Positions 11,847 through 20,889 of a stretch of 64,000 nucleotides of DNA are shown piece after piece. The position numbers were made by a program, and so were the translations under genes. The notes beneath the pieces were generated by a model. The model ran no database searches. It was given only the letters and a program-made list of their open reading frames with translations, and had not been told where the DNA came from. Within the stretch, counting starts at the first letter, position 1. The number at the start of each line of letters is the position of its first letter. Origin of the DNA: Alphaproteobacteria bacterium (lineage in GTDB: Bacteria > Pseudomonadota > Alphaproteobacteria > Rs-D84); NCBI GenBank assembly GCA_017503725.1, contig JAFVSL010000011.1, positions 7,847-71,846 of the forward strand, read 5' to 3'.

Positions 11847-11904
11847 TTTTATTTATTTACTTTCCAGATACAAATATTTATCATAAAAACAATGGGGGCG
11901 CATA

Positions 11905-12480
11905 ATGAAAAAGATTTTATTTGTCTTACCACTTATTTTATCAACAAACGCTTTTGCCAATAACTTTACACCATACATTGGTCTGGATGCGGGCTTAAAT
12001 ATTGCAGACTATACATATGACCAAGACCTAGAAGAACAATATTACACCGCCACTATCAACGCTGGAATGCGTATTGGTTCAAACTTTGGCGTAGAATTAT
12101 TTTTCACACAATCCGCAGATAACGAAAATACACTTGTATATGAATTTTCCACACTTACCCAAGATATTAACATTTCATACCAATCATTTGGATTTGATAT
12201 TTTTGGATATTATTCAATGGTTGAAAATATGGACTTCTTTACATCATTTGGAATTGCAAATTATCGCATATCAAACGAAATAAAATATATTGATGAATTT
12301 GAAATATATTCTGAATCAGACATAATGACCGAAACCGCATCACGCTTTGGAATTGGTTTAATGTACACATTTCCAAATGATGATATATCAATCCTGGGGC
12401 AATATCAGTATTCGACCGTTAACAACGAATACATAAAATCATTATCTGAATTTTCCATTGGATTTAGGTATAATTTTTAA
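11905..12480 (+). CDS. Small outer-membrane beta-barrel protein (OmpW / opacity-family-like)
   Basis: 191 aa. Signal peptide (MKKILFVLPLILSTNAFA), alternating amphipathic beta-strands and a C-terminal ...GFRYNF ending in Phe. Confidence 0.6.
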   Translation: MKKILFVLPLILSTNAFANNFTPYIGLDAGLNIADYTYDQDLEEQYYTATINAGMRIGSNFGVELFFTQSADNENTLVYEFSTLTQDINISYQSFGFDIFGYYSMVENMDFFTSFGIANYRISNEIKYIDEFEIYSESDIMTETASRFGIGLMYTFPNDDISILGQYQYSTVNNEYIKSLSEFSIGFRYNF

Positions 12481-12518
12481 TACACTACTCACTAGCCACT
12501 TACACTAACCACCTACAA

Positions 12519-12546
12519 TAAAAACGCCCCAAATGGGGCTTTTTTA
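12519..12546. terminator. Bidirectional intrinsic terminator
   Basis: AAAAACGCCCC-aaat-GGGGCTTTTTT. Confidence 0.6.
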
Positions 12547-13551
12547 TCGTAAATACCATTCGACAGTTTTAACAATCCCAGTATCAAACGTTTCATCTGC
12601 GCGCCAACCAAGCGCTGTTTCCAGTTTTGTCGCATCAATCGCATATCTGAAATCGTGACCCGCACGGTCGGCAACAAAAGTAATCAATTCTTCGTATTTT
12701 TTGCCGTCGTTGCGTGGTTTCTTTTCATCCAGGATTGCGCAAATCGTTTTCACAATTGTGATATTATTGCGTTCATTACGTCCGCCAATATTATATGTTT
12801 CACCCGATTTACCATTATGGAAAATTAAATCAATTGCCTTGCAATGATCCAGAACATATAACCAGTCACGAACATTTTCCCCCTTGCCATAGATTGGTAA
12901 TGGCTGTAATGATAACGCCTTGGAAATAATATGTGGAATCAGTTTTTCATTATGCTGTTTCGGGCCATAGTTATTTGAACAATTTGACGTTGTCACATTC
13001 ATACCAAACGTGTGATGATATGCACGAACCAAGAAATCAGACGACGCTTTGGACGCGGAATATGGACTGTTTGGTGCATATGGTGTATCTTCGCGGAACA
13101 TCCCTGTTGCCCCTAATGCACCATAAACCTCGTCGGTGGAAATATGGTGGAAACGTGCGTCTTCGTACCCCGGCTTTACCACACCCGGCGCATCCATCCA
13201 ATGACGGCGTGCCGCATCCAGTAAATTAAACGTCCCAACAATATTTGTGTTAATAAATGCACGTGGCCCCTTTATCGAATTATCAACGTGACTTTCCGCC
13301 GCAAAGTGAATTACGCCACGAATATCATTTTCATCAAATAACTTATCAATTAAATCTGCGTCGCAAATATCACCTTGAACAAATTTATAGTTCGGCATAC
13401 TTTCGCATTCACGCAAATTATCCAGATTCCCCGCATACGTCAATTTATCCAGATTGATAATATTGTATTCTGGATATTTTTCACAAAAATAAGGTACAAA
13501 GTTTGAACCAATAAAACCCGCACCACCGGTAATTAAAATTGTTTTAGACAT
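12544..13551 (-). CDS. rfbB: dTDP-glucose 4,6-dehydratase
   Basis: MSKTILITGGAGFIGSNFV Rossmann motif and a YxxxK short-chain-dehydrogenase core, in an rml operon context. Confidence 0.9.
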   Translation of the reverse strand: MSKTILITGGAGFIGSNFVPYFCEKYPEYNIINLDKLTYAGNLDNLRECESMPNYKFVQGDICDADLIDKLFDENDIRGVIHFAAESHVDNSIKGPRAFINTNIVGTFNLLDAARRHWMDAPGVVKPGYEDARFHHISTDEVYGALGATGMFREDTPYAPNSPYSASKASSDFLVRAYHHTFGMNVTTSNCSNNYGPKQHNEKLIPHIISKALSLQPLPIYGKGENVRDWLYVLDHCKAIDLIFHNGKSGETYNIGGRNERNNITIVKTICAILDEKKPRNDGKKYEELITFVADRAGHDFRYAIDATKLETALGWRADETFDTGIVKTVEWYLR

Positions 13552-14354
13552 TTTTCCAATCCTTTTTTCCAATGTTGAATTTTTATATTAAAAACCTTTT
13601 GAATTTTTGATTTATCCAAAACGCTATAAAATGGTCGCACGGCGCGTGTTGGATATTCACTTGATTTAATCGGATTTACAGCGCACGCCAATCCCGACAT
13701 TTCCATAATTTCGCTTGCAAAATCATACCACGAACACACCCCCATATTTGTGAAGTGATAAATACCCGTATTTTCACGTGTCATCTGTGGAATAATTTGC
13801 ACAATTGCATCTGCCAAATCACCCGCATATGTTGGGGTTCCAATTTGGTCAGAAACAACATTTATTGATTCTTTTTCCGCACCCAACCGACGCATAGTTT
13901 TTACAAAGTTATTTCCATACGGACTATACAGCCACGCGGTACGAATAACAACCGCAACCGACGCATTTTCCAAGACCGCTAATTCCCCCGCACGCTTGGT
14001 TTTACCATACACAGAAATCGGATTTGTTTCATCATCGGGCGAATACGGCACGTGTCCCATACCATCAAAGACATAGTCTGTGGAAATATGTATAATTTTT
14101 GCGCCCGTATTTGCCAGGTTACGCGGCCCATCAACATTGATTTTTGTAGCCAAATCTATATCATCTTCGGCCCGATCCACGGCGGTATATGCCGCACAGT
14201 TAATAATTAAATCAACATTATTTTCACGTATAAATTTTTGGACCGCCGCGCTATCGGTAATATCCAGCATATCAACATCGGCGCATATTGCATCTGGTAA
14301 ACGCTTTTTTAATTCGGTCCCCAATTGTCCATTACATCCCGTAATCAGGTACAT
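13533..14354 (-). CDS. rfbD: dTDP-4-dehydrorhamnose reductase
   Basis: [17 protein letters not shown]..., 273 aa, with the RmlD pattern. Confidence 0.88.
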   Translation of the reverse strand: MYLITGCNGQLGTELKKRLPDAICADVDMLDITDSAAVQKFIRENNVDLIINCAAYTAVDRAEDDIDLATKINVDGPRNLANTGAKIIHISTDYVFDGMGHVPYSPDDETNPISVYGKTKRAGELAVLENASVAVVIRTAWLYSPYGNNFVKTMRRLGAEKESINVVSDQIGTPTYAGDLADAIVQIIPQMTRENTGIYHFTNMGVCSWYDFASEIMEMSGLACAVNPIKSSEYPTRAVRPFYSVLDKSKIQKVFNIKIQHWKKGLEKCLKQF

Positions 14355-14883
14355 CTTTCAACCCCTTGGCTATGTTATCTTTGGCTGATGTAATAATTTT
14401 GTCATGTGGCACCATCCAGTCTATTCCAATATCTGGATCATCAAATCGGATACCAAATTCAGCCTGTGGCGCATAAAGATTATCACACTTATATGCAAAA
14501 ATTGCCGTATCACTTAATACCGAAAACCCGTGCAAGAATCCACGTGGAATAAATAATTGCCGTTTGTTTTCATCTGATAATTCAACAGCAATATATTTAC
14601 CAAATGTTGGTGAATTTTTTCTTATATCAACCGCCACGTCCAGAACGCGCCCCTGTAATACACGTACCAGTTTTGCCTGGGCAAACTCGCCCAATTGACA
14701 ATGCAAGCCACGCACCACCCCATAAGATGACTTTGATTGATTATCTTGAACGAATTTTGCGGTTATACCGTTTTTGATAAACTCGGCCTCGTTATAAGAC
14801 TCAAAGAAATATCCACGCGCGTCTTCAAATACGCGGGGTTCAATAATAACGACACCGTCTATTTCTGTTTTAATAAAGTTCAT
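14332..14883 (-). CDS. rfbC: dTDP-4-dehydrorhamnose 3,5-epimerase
   Basis: 183 aa cupin. The motif ...[10 protein letters not shown]...RGLHCQ... is characteristic of RmlC. Confidence 0.9.
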   Translation of the reverse strand: MNFIKTEIDGVVIIEPRVFEDARGYFFESYNEAEFIKNGITAKFVQDNQSKSSYGVVRGLHCQLGEFAQAKLVRVLQGRVLDVAVDIRKNSPTFGKYIAVELSDENKRQLFIPRGFLHGFSVLSDTAIFAYKCDNLYAPQAEFGIRFDDPDIGIDWMVPHDKIITSAKDNIAKGLKDVPDYGM

Positions 14884-15757
14884 TTTTTTCCTCGTACACT
14901 TTTTGCAAATAATCTTTGTATGTGCCCGATTTTAATTCATCAATCAATGCACGCATTTGTTCATCGTTAATAAAACCCTGCTTATATGCGATTTCTTCGA
15001 TACAGGCAATTTTTAATCCCTGACGTGCCTCTATAATCTGAACAAATTGTCCCGATTCCATAAGACTGTCTGGCGTTCCCGCATCCAACCACGCATTACC
15101 GCGACGCATTGGCACAACAGACATACGCCCTTCGCGCAGATAAATATTATTAAGGTCTGTAATTTCCAATTCACCACGCGCAGACGGTGCTAAATTGCGC
15201 GCCTTTTCAACAACGTCGCCCGGATAAAAATACAGTCCGACAGACGCATAGTTTGATTTTGGATTTTTTGGTTTTTCTTCGATTGAAACCGCGCGCAAAT
15301 TTTCATCAAATTCTACAACACCAAATCTTTCCGGATCAGAAACGTGATATGCGAATATGGTTGCGCATTTTCCAGCATTCTTTTTAACCTCGGCCTCAAA
15401 CATTGGGAATTGTCCACCCATATAGAAGATATTGTCGCCTAAAATCAAACACACATCATCGTTACCAATAAAATCCGCCCCGATTGTAAAGGCTTGTGCA
15501 ATTCCCTTTGGTTCTGGCTGTATTGCGTATTGGATATTTAATCCAATCTTAGAACCATCACCAAATAACTTTTCAATATTCGGTGTATCAACCGGCGTAG
15601 ATATAATAAGAATATCCTTGATACCAAATTGCATCAGTGTTGATAACGGATAATAAATCATCGGTTTGTCATAAACTGGTAATAATTGCTTTGATGTTGT
15701 TTTTGTTAATGGATAAAGACGGGTACCACTGCCCCCGGCCAAGATAATTCCCTTCAT
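14870..15757 (-). CDS. rfbA: Glucose-1-phosphate thymidylyltransferase
   Basis: [18 protein letters not shown]... The start is at the internal ATG at 15757; the longer ORF upstream is a hydrophobic extension and unlikely to be real. Confidence 0.9.
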   Translation of the reverse strand: MKGIILAGGSGTRLYPLTKTTSKQLLPVYDKPMIYYPLSTLMQFGIKDILIISTPVDTPNIEKLFGDGSKIGLNIQYAIQPEPKGIAQAFTIGADFIGNDDVCLILGDNIFYMGGQFPMFEAEVKKNAGKCATIFAYHVSDPERFGVVEFDENLRAVSIEEKPKNPKSNYASVGLYFYPGDVVEKARNLAPSARGELEITDLNNIYLREGRMSVVPMRRGNAWLDAGTPDSLMESGQFVQIIEARQGLKIACIEEIAYKQGFINDEQMRALIDELKSGTYKDYLQKVYEEKNELY

Positions 15758-15868
15758 AATCAATCCTTTTACGTTTGAAGTCAAAGAACCTATAAGGTAT
15801 CTTAGCCGTAAAAAAGTTGAAAAAGCAACAAAAATTATATAAAATTCAATAAAACACGGGATAAATTT

Positions 15869-16819
15869 ATGTCTTTGAAAGCAACACCACAAAAAATATC
15901 AAATCTGGTTCAACGTTATATTGATAAGTATCAGTCTGACCAGAATCATCGTGATGAATATATTTATCAATTAACCCCATCTGAATGTGGTGAGTTTGCT
16001 GATTTTCTGCGCAGTGACAGCGGCCGCGCATTCATTTGCTTTTACCCATTATCTGAACAGCAATATGACAAAGAAAGTAATGAATTTATGACGGCTACAT
16101 TTTACCCGCCTAAATATATGGCATTAAAGGATAATAAAATAAAACTGGGATTAAATGTCGTAATTCCCACACGCAACCGATATGTTGACCGGGCCCAGGT
16201 TGTAGAAATTATCGCCCATGAACTAAATCACGCATACACTACATGGAATGAAATAAAAAAGAAACACATTTCACACCCAATCGGTATTATTGCAAGTGTT
16301 GCTGATATTTTTAAATCTAAAAAACAAAAATACACTTATTCTGAACGACTACAAAAATACGATAATATCATACCAACAAATAATGGTTCTCTGCGTGATG
16401 ATTTTCGTTGGGTTGGATATTTTGGCGTTCAAACCGAAATAAATGCCAATCTTGCTGGAATTGATGCATTTTTATACGAACAAGGGGGTGACATATCAAA
16501 ACTGCCACACAGTCGCGGTTATCAAACATTTAAAATCGTACATAAAAAATTTAAAAACTTAACAAAAACCGCAACCGAAACAGACTGGCAATGGGCACAA
16601 AAAAATGCAACATATATCGGATTGCGCCAAAACGAAAATTTATCACAATTCAAAAACAGATATATAAAATATTATGAACATATCTTTAACGAATTTGAAG
16701 CCAAGATAAATAAAATCACAGCCAAATATACCAATAAAAAAGATAAATTTAAATCTGCACGTATTACAATTTTATCTAAAAATAATAAAAGAACTTTTAA
16801 TAAACAAAAGGTTAAATAA
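15869..16819 (+). CDS. Hypothetical protein with an HExxH zinc-metallopeptidase-like motif and a Lys-rich C-terminal tail
   Basis: 316 aa, no signal peptide. The motif [10 protein letters not shown] is present. The last 40 residues are very basic ([35 protein letters not shown]). Confidence 0.5.
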   Translation: MSLKATPQKISNLVQRYIDKYQSDQNHRDEYIYQLTPSECGEFADFLRSDSGRAFICFYPLSEQQYDKESNEFMTATFYPPKYMALKDNKIKLGLNVVIPTRNRYVDRAQVVEIIAHELNHAYTTWNEIKKKHISHPIGIIASVADIFKSKKQKYTYSERLQKYDNIIPTNNGSLRDDFRWVGYFGVQTEINANLAGIDAFLYEQGGDISKLPHSRGYQTFKIVHKKFKNLTKTATETDWQWAQKNATYIGLRQNENLSQFKNRYIKYYEHIFNEFEAKINKITAKYTNKKDKFKSARITILSKNNKRTFNKQKVK

Positions 16820-17462
16820 AACACTTCTTTAACATATCGCCATTATCATTTTTATCAATACGTTTGTTACGTATTTCTTCATCAGCCTTGATTTTTTGCT
16901 TGATAATAACCATTTCCGGATGCGATTGAATTTTATTATTTATTTCTTCGATTGCCATATCTATATCAGATGAATTATACACAAAAATCGGCATAACTGA
17001 ATCCGCCGCACTGTAAAGGGCGTTGTGTAACCCCACCTGAAAATCATCAATAACGGATAGATATTCACGAATATGCTGATCTTCGTGTGCCAACACCGCA
17101 TCATAAGAACACGTATTTGGCACGTGTCTAATATCCACCTGGACCAAGAAATTTGAATACCCTATTTCTGCATCAACCTGCTTGATACCGACACAAAAAC
17201 CATCTTCGACCGATGTAATATCGGCCACAATATCATAATTATCAACCATCGTCGCGACAACGTTTCCGTGCCACAAATTCATCGGTTCCAGGGGTTGAAC
17301 AACCTCTTTGGTCCAGGTTGGCACAGATATCGTAATTTTTGGCGTTATTTTATAAGACACACATTCATTGGCAAACACCGGTGCACACATAAAAACTAAT
17401 AAAATACCAAAATATTTTAACACCAGCCTAATCCAACGCCCCTTGTTTTTTAAGGTATTCAT
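16812..17462 (-). CDS. Secreted hypothetical protein with an HExxH motif (DUF922-like), co-transcribed downstream of virB4
   Basis: 216 aa. Signal peptide (…LLVFMCAPVFA-NE) and the motif VLAHEDQHIREY. It overlaps the virB4 start region by 35 nt on the same strand. Confidence 0.5.
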   Translation of the reverse strand: MNTLKNKGRWIRLVLKYFGILLVFMCAPVFANECVSYKITPKITISVPTWTKEVVQPLEPMNLWHGNVVATMVDNYDIVADITSVEDGFCVGIKQVDAEIGYSNFLVQVDIRHVPNTCSYDAVLAHEDQHIREYLSVIDDFQVGLHNALYSAADSVMPIFVYNSSDIDMAIEEINNKIQSHPEMVIIKQKIKADEEIRNKRIDKNDNGDMLKKCFI

Positions 17463-19848
17463 TTACAAAATTATTTCCGTACATTTTATACAACTCTTCG
17501 GCCAACAGAACGGACGAACGTCCCGATTCAAACAGGCGCAACATATTCCCCAGTCCCCCTAATTCTGTATTTAATATCACAGATTCTTGCGTAACCGGAC
17601 GCGATAATAACACCGCACGTTTCAGGTTTGGATACGCCCGCCCTTGGATAAACGCCATTTCCAACGGATTTAAATTCCAGTGTTCATAATCACGCGCATC
17701 CGCCGCCGGATTACGGAAGAATAAAACAGTTTGTGCCTGGCCACGAACAACATCACCAATACCTAACTTATCCAGAACATTTGCGCGCTGGAACGCGGCC
17801 ATATATGCCTGGCGATTCTTGCGCCCCTCTTGCAGACCCGCGATAAAATTATCACGGAACATTTTGTTTTCAAGCATTGGCGCCGTTTCGTCAATCATAA
17901 TCAGTGACGGATTCCCCCCCGCAACCGTTGTTGTGTTAATACGATGCAGAATATAAGAAATTACCGCGGGGGCTAACACCTCGTCCTGCAAGATTTCTGT
18001 AAAATCAAACGTAGTCAGGCGAGATTGCAAATCCAAAGTATCTTCTTTTTCATTAAACATAAAACCATATTGCAACGGATCAACCCACTTTTTCAGTGCC
18101 GGCCGCATATTTCCCGCAGACGAAAAACAACTTTCCCACAGGTTGGTTAATAATCTATCTTTATCCCCCAGATAGTCAAAATTAACCGATACCGCGCGCG
18201 CAATTTCATCCATTGATGCCGCATCATTTTGCCCCGTAATAATTGAAAACCACCGACGCAAGAATGCACGATTTGCCGCACTGTCCGGCATTTTAAGCGG
18301 GTTCAGATGCGTCTGGAAAGAATTCGCCATCGGGTCTGAATTTTTCTCTTTGCCCTGCATTGTGATATATTTTCCACCAACCGCCAGGGTAAATATCTCG
18401 GCCCCTTTGTTCCGGTCAAAGAAGAAGGCTTTTAATTTCGGAAAACGCAAACTTTGCGCAATCAAGAACGAGAACAATGTCGTCTTACCGCCCCCCGTTG
18501 GCCCAATCGTCAGGGTATGCGCCACCGCGGCTGGCTTGTCAGATACATGGAATTGGAATTGATACGGTGTCCCCTGTGCGGTTGGGAAAATCACCAGGGG
18601 CCCCGGACCCCAATCTGAATTTGCAACACCGCGTGGCGTACTGGACATTGGGATACTGATTGCGGCGGTACGGGACAATAACTTGAAACTGCGTGGAAAC
18701 ACATCAAATCCCGGAATCTGCGAGAACCAGGCAACCTTGCCCGCAAATGTTTCCACAACCGGCGAAATACCAAAAGATGCCGCAATTTTCTTAAATTCTG
18801 CGACATATTTTTGCAATTCTTCCAATGTTGCCCCAAAAATCAAGAACATCGGGTAATAACTTACCAACGTCTGATTTCCGGAAATATTTTCATCCATTGC
18901 GGATTCAACCGCATAAATCTGTTCTTCGGTTGATTTTTGAACTTTCTCATCGGCGGTTGAACGACGCTGACGAATTGTGGCCTCTACATCGGCCGCCCCC
19001 ATAATTCCAAATCCATTCATACAAATCATTTCTGTCTGAATAGTTGATATGGTGTCATAAAACTCTTCGTCCAGATAGTCTGGTGAAATCTTAAAAGACA
19101 TTGCCGCGGCAAAAGATTGCGCCCCACCACTTATATATCTGATAACACCATCACGCAAAAATTCAACATCATCAACCGTCACCAGATTGGAAATATTGTT
19201 ATTACAGGTCTTTGGTTGCGGCTTACTGATTGGGGATAAAATACGGCCAAAGAAACGCGCCATATTATCGGGCGTATTATTTTTAAGAACCGTTGGCTTA
19301 TACGCGGCCAGAATTGATTCAATATAGTTTCCATATTGATTTAATTTTGCACGCGCGTCGCTACCTGCAACCGAAATTACAATATAATAATTATTTAAAA
19401 ATATGCGCAGGCCCTGACTTTTCCATTTGTTATAAATCCGCTGTAATGTCGGCTGATCAAATTCATAGTTTGTATTTTCATCCACCGCATCACGCACGGT
19501 ATAGAACCGCAACGTAACATTTGGGTCACGAATTTGGTTAAAAAGTTGCGTCCGCAAATCCAGGAATTTTGCCTTTGTCTCGTCATCTTGCATACTGGTC
19601 TGAACACCCTGAACCCGATATGCCCGAATAAGTGTCCCATCCGTCAATTCAATCGAGTTATCTGAATACACGGTTTTAAACGGCAAATAATTTGCATATT
19701 TTGCATATCCAAATTTTGGAAATATCTTTCGCGTTAATGCCGGCACATACATCATCAGCCCCAGGAATACCACCAACACCATCATAACCATAATGGTTGT
19801 GGTAACCGTAAATTCGCCGCCTGCAAAATATTCAAAGAAATTATTCAT
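17428..19848 (-). CDS. virB4: Type IV secretion system ATPase VirB4
   Basis: 806 aa. Walker A GPTGGGKTTLFSF, Walker B LIMIDETAP, and a VirB4/TrbE-type N-terminal domain. Confidence 0.9.
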   Translation of the reverse strand: MNNFFEYFAGGEFTVTTTIMVMMVLVVFLGLMMYVPALTRKIFPKFGYAKYANYLPFKTVYSDNSIELTDGTLIRAYRVQGVQTSMQDDETKAKFLDLRTQLFNQIRDPNVTLRFYTVRDAVDENTNYEFDQPTLQRIYNKWKSQGLRIFLNNYYIVISVAGSDARAKLNQYGNYIESILAAYKPTVLKNNTPDNMARFFGRILSPISKPQPKTCNNNISNLVTVDDVEFLRDGVIRYISGGAQSFAAAMSFKISPDYLDEEFYDTISTIQTEMICMNGFGIMGAADVEATIRQRRSTADEKVQKSTEEQIYAVESAMDENISGNQTLVSYYPMFLIFGATLEELQKYVAEFKKIAASFGISPVVETFAGKVAWFSQIPGFDVFPRSFKLLSRTAAISIPMSSTPRGVANSDWGPGPLVIFPTAQGTPYQFQFHVSDKPAAVAHTLTIGPTGGGKTTLFSFLIAQSLRFPKLKAFFFDRNKGAEIFTLAVGGKYITMQGKEKNSDPMANSFQTHLNPLKMPDSAANRAFLRRWFSIITGQNDAASMDEIARAVSVNFDYLGDKDRLLTNLWESCFSSAGNMRPALKKWVDPLQYGFMFNEKEDTLDLQSRLTTFDFTEILQDEVLAPAVISYILHRINTTTVAGGNPSLIMIDETAPMLENKMFRDNFIAGLQEGRKNRQAYMAAFQRANVLDKLGIGDVVRGQAQTVLFFRNPAADARDYEHWNLNPLEMAFIQGRAYPNLKRAVLLSRPVTQESVILNTELGGLGNMLRLFESGRSSVLLAEELYKMYGNNFVNEYLKKQGALD

Positions 19849-19858
19849 TTTTCTAAAC

Positions 19859-20155
19859 CTATGCCGCCAATTTGTTAGGGATTTTCTTCTTCATCAATTG
19901 TATTTTTGCCGAAATTATCTGTCCAATTTGTGGGTCACGCTTGGAATAAATCGCCAATATAGAATGCACAATAATAACCGAGATTAAGAAATAAAGCGGA
20001 CTAACCTCTGAATCAGTGCCGTAAATCAACAAACTGGCCACGAAAATAACGATAAAAATAATGAATTGAACCGCAAAGTTAAGCACGGCCAACGAATACG
20101 GCACATAAAATATGCGCGCTGGGTTCGCCAAAGCCTTTAAAACCTGCTGTTTCAT
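19859..20155 (-). CDS. virB3: Type IV secretion system protein VirB3
   Basis: 98 aa with two TM helices. The LANPARIFYVPYSLAVLN motif matches the VirB3 family signature. It lies immediately upstream of virB4. Confidence 0.7.
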   Translation of the reverse strand: MKQQVLKALANPARIFYVPYSLAVLNFAVQFIIFIVIFVASLLIYGTDSEVSPLYFLISVIIVHSILAIYSKRDPQIGQIISAKIQLMKKKIPNKLAA

Positions 20156-20184
20156 CTCTCTTATCCCTTATGTATTTGAATTAT

Positions 20185-20390
20185 AACAATTTCAACAATT
20201 TTCAACAAGCATAAAAACATCCACAAAAAAATTGTTAATTGTGTTGAAAACTGTGTATTTTTCAACTGTTAAATTAACAGGGGGATTTTTCAACACCCGC
20301 CACAAAACATCGCGGAAAACTGGGATTTTTTTGTTAAAAATCGGTTGATAAAAAGTGAACAACCGTTTTCAACATTTTCAACAGGGCCTA
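20185..20390. promoter_or_regulatory. Repeat-rich regulatory region between divergent virB3 and rpmJ
   Basis: At least six direct copies of TTTTCAACA and one inverted copy (TGTTGAAAA-N8-TTTTCAAC dyad at about 20243-20268) lie within 200 bp upstream of virB3. Confidence 0.4.
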
Positions 20391-20470
20391 CAAAAACAAC
20401 AAAAATAATATTATTATTTGATTTTTCACAAAAAGTGTTTATAATACCCACCGTACCAAAGGATTAAGAC

Positions 20471-20605
20471 ATGAAATTTTTAAGTTCATTAAAGGCTTGG
20501 AAGAAACGCGGAAACGTAAAACAGATCCGTCGTGGCAAGCAGGTAATCTTAATCGATCCAGATAATCCAAAGTTCAAAGCGAAACAGGGTTTCAAAAGAA
20601 AATAA
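20471..20605 (+). CDS. rpmJ: 50S ribosomal protein L36 (type B, non-zinc)
   Basis: 44 aa: MKFLSSLKAWKKRGNVKQIRRGKQVILIDPDNPKFKAKQGFKRK. It matches the L36 pattern (...RRG.V.VI...NPK.K.RQG). RBS AAGGA, promoter TTGATT-16-TATAAT upstream, and a terminator downstream. It is absent from the ORF track because it is under 60 aa. Confidence 0.75.
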   Translation: MKFLSSLKAWKKRGNVKQIRRGKQVILIDPDNPKFKAKQGFKRK

Positions 20606-20627
20606 GATTAAGTTCGAATTAAGACCG

Positions 20628-20657
20628 ATAAAAAATCCCCGATTGGGGTTTTTTTAT
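20628..20657 (+). terminator. Intrinsic terminator of rpmJ
   Basis: AAAAAATCCCC-gatt-GGGGTTTTTTT. Confidence 0.65.
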
Positions 20658-20689
20658 TATCCCATCCGCCCCCCCTAACCCCCACCCCC

Positions 20690-20718
20690 GTCATCCCGTG
20701 GCTTGGCCACGGGATGAC
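20690..20718. repeat. Perfect 13-bp inverted repeat (GTCATCCCGTGGC-ttg-GCCACGGGATGAC) within a C-tract-rich segment
   Basis: It is flanked by CCCATCCGCCCCCCCTAACCCCCACCCCC and AACCCCCACA. This is compositionally atypical for an AT-rich genome. Confidence 0.5.
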
Positions 20719-20889
20719 AACGATTTTAACCCCCACATTTTTATCCATTGAATAAATCTAGTATTTACTATACAATTCACCTTGAATTCACAGGGATGTG
20801 GGTTCGGAGCTCTCAAAAGCATATTCTATCTAGTCTAAACGTAAATATATTGCTTTTTTTATAGATTTTACTGATTTTTATTATATAAT

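Noticed and set aside
14870-15892. N-terminal 45-aa hydrophobic extension of RmlA (listed start [10 protein letters not shown]…), with similar extensions on rmlB, lpxC, lpxK, rpmI and pheT ORFs.
   Set aside because: Conserved N-termini ([11 protein letters not shown] and others) begin at internal ATGs with better spacing. The extensions overlap upstream genes and are products of longest-ORF calling.
20160-20400. Chromosomal replication origin (DnaA-box cluster) in the AT-rich repeat region.
   Set aside because: The repeated motif TTTTCAACA does not match the DnaA box TTATCCACA. No dnaA or dnaN is adjacent, and the position downstream of gyrB is not supportive. It is more consistent with transcription-factor sites for the virB3 promoter.
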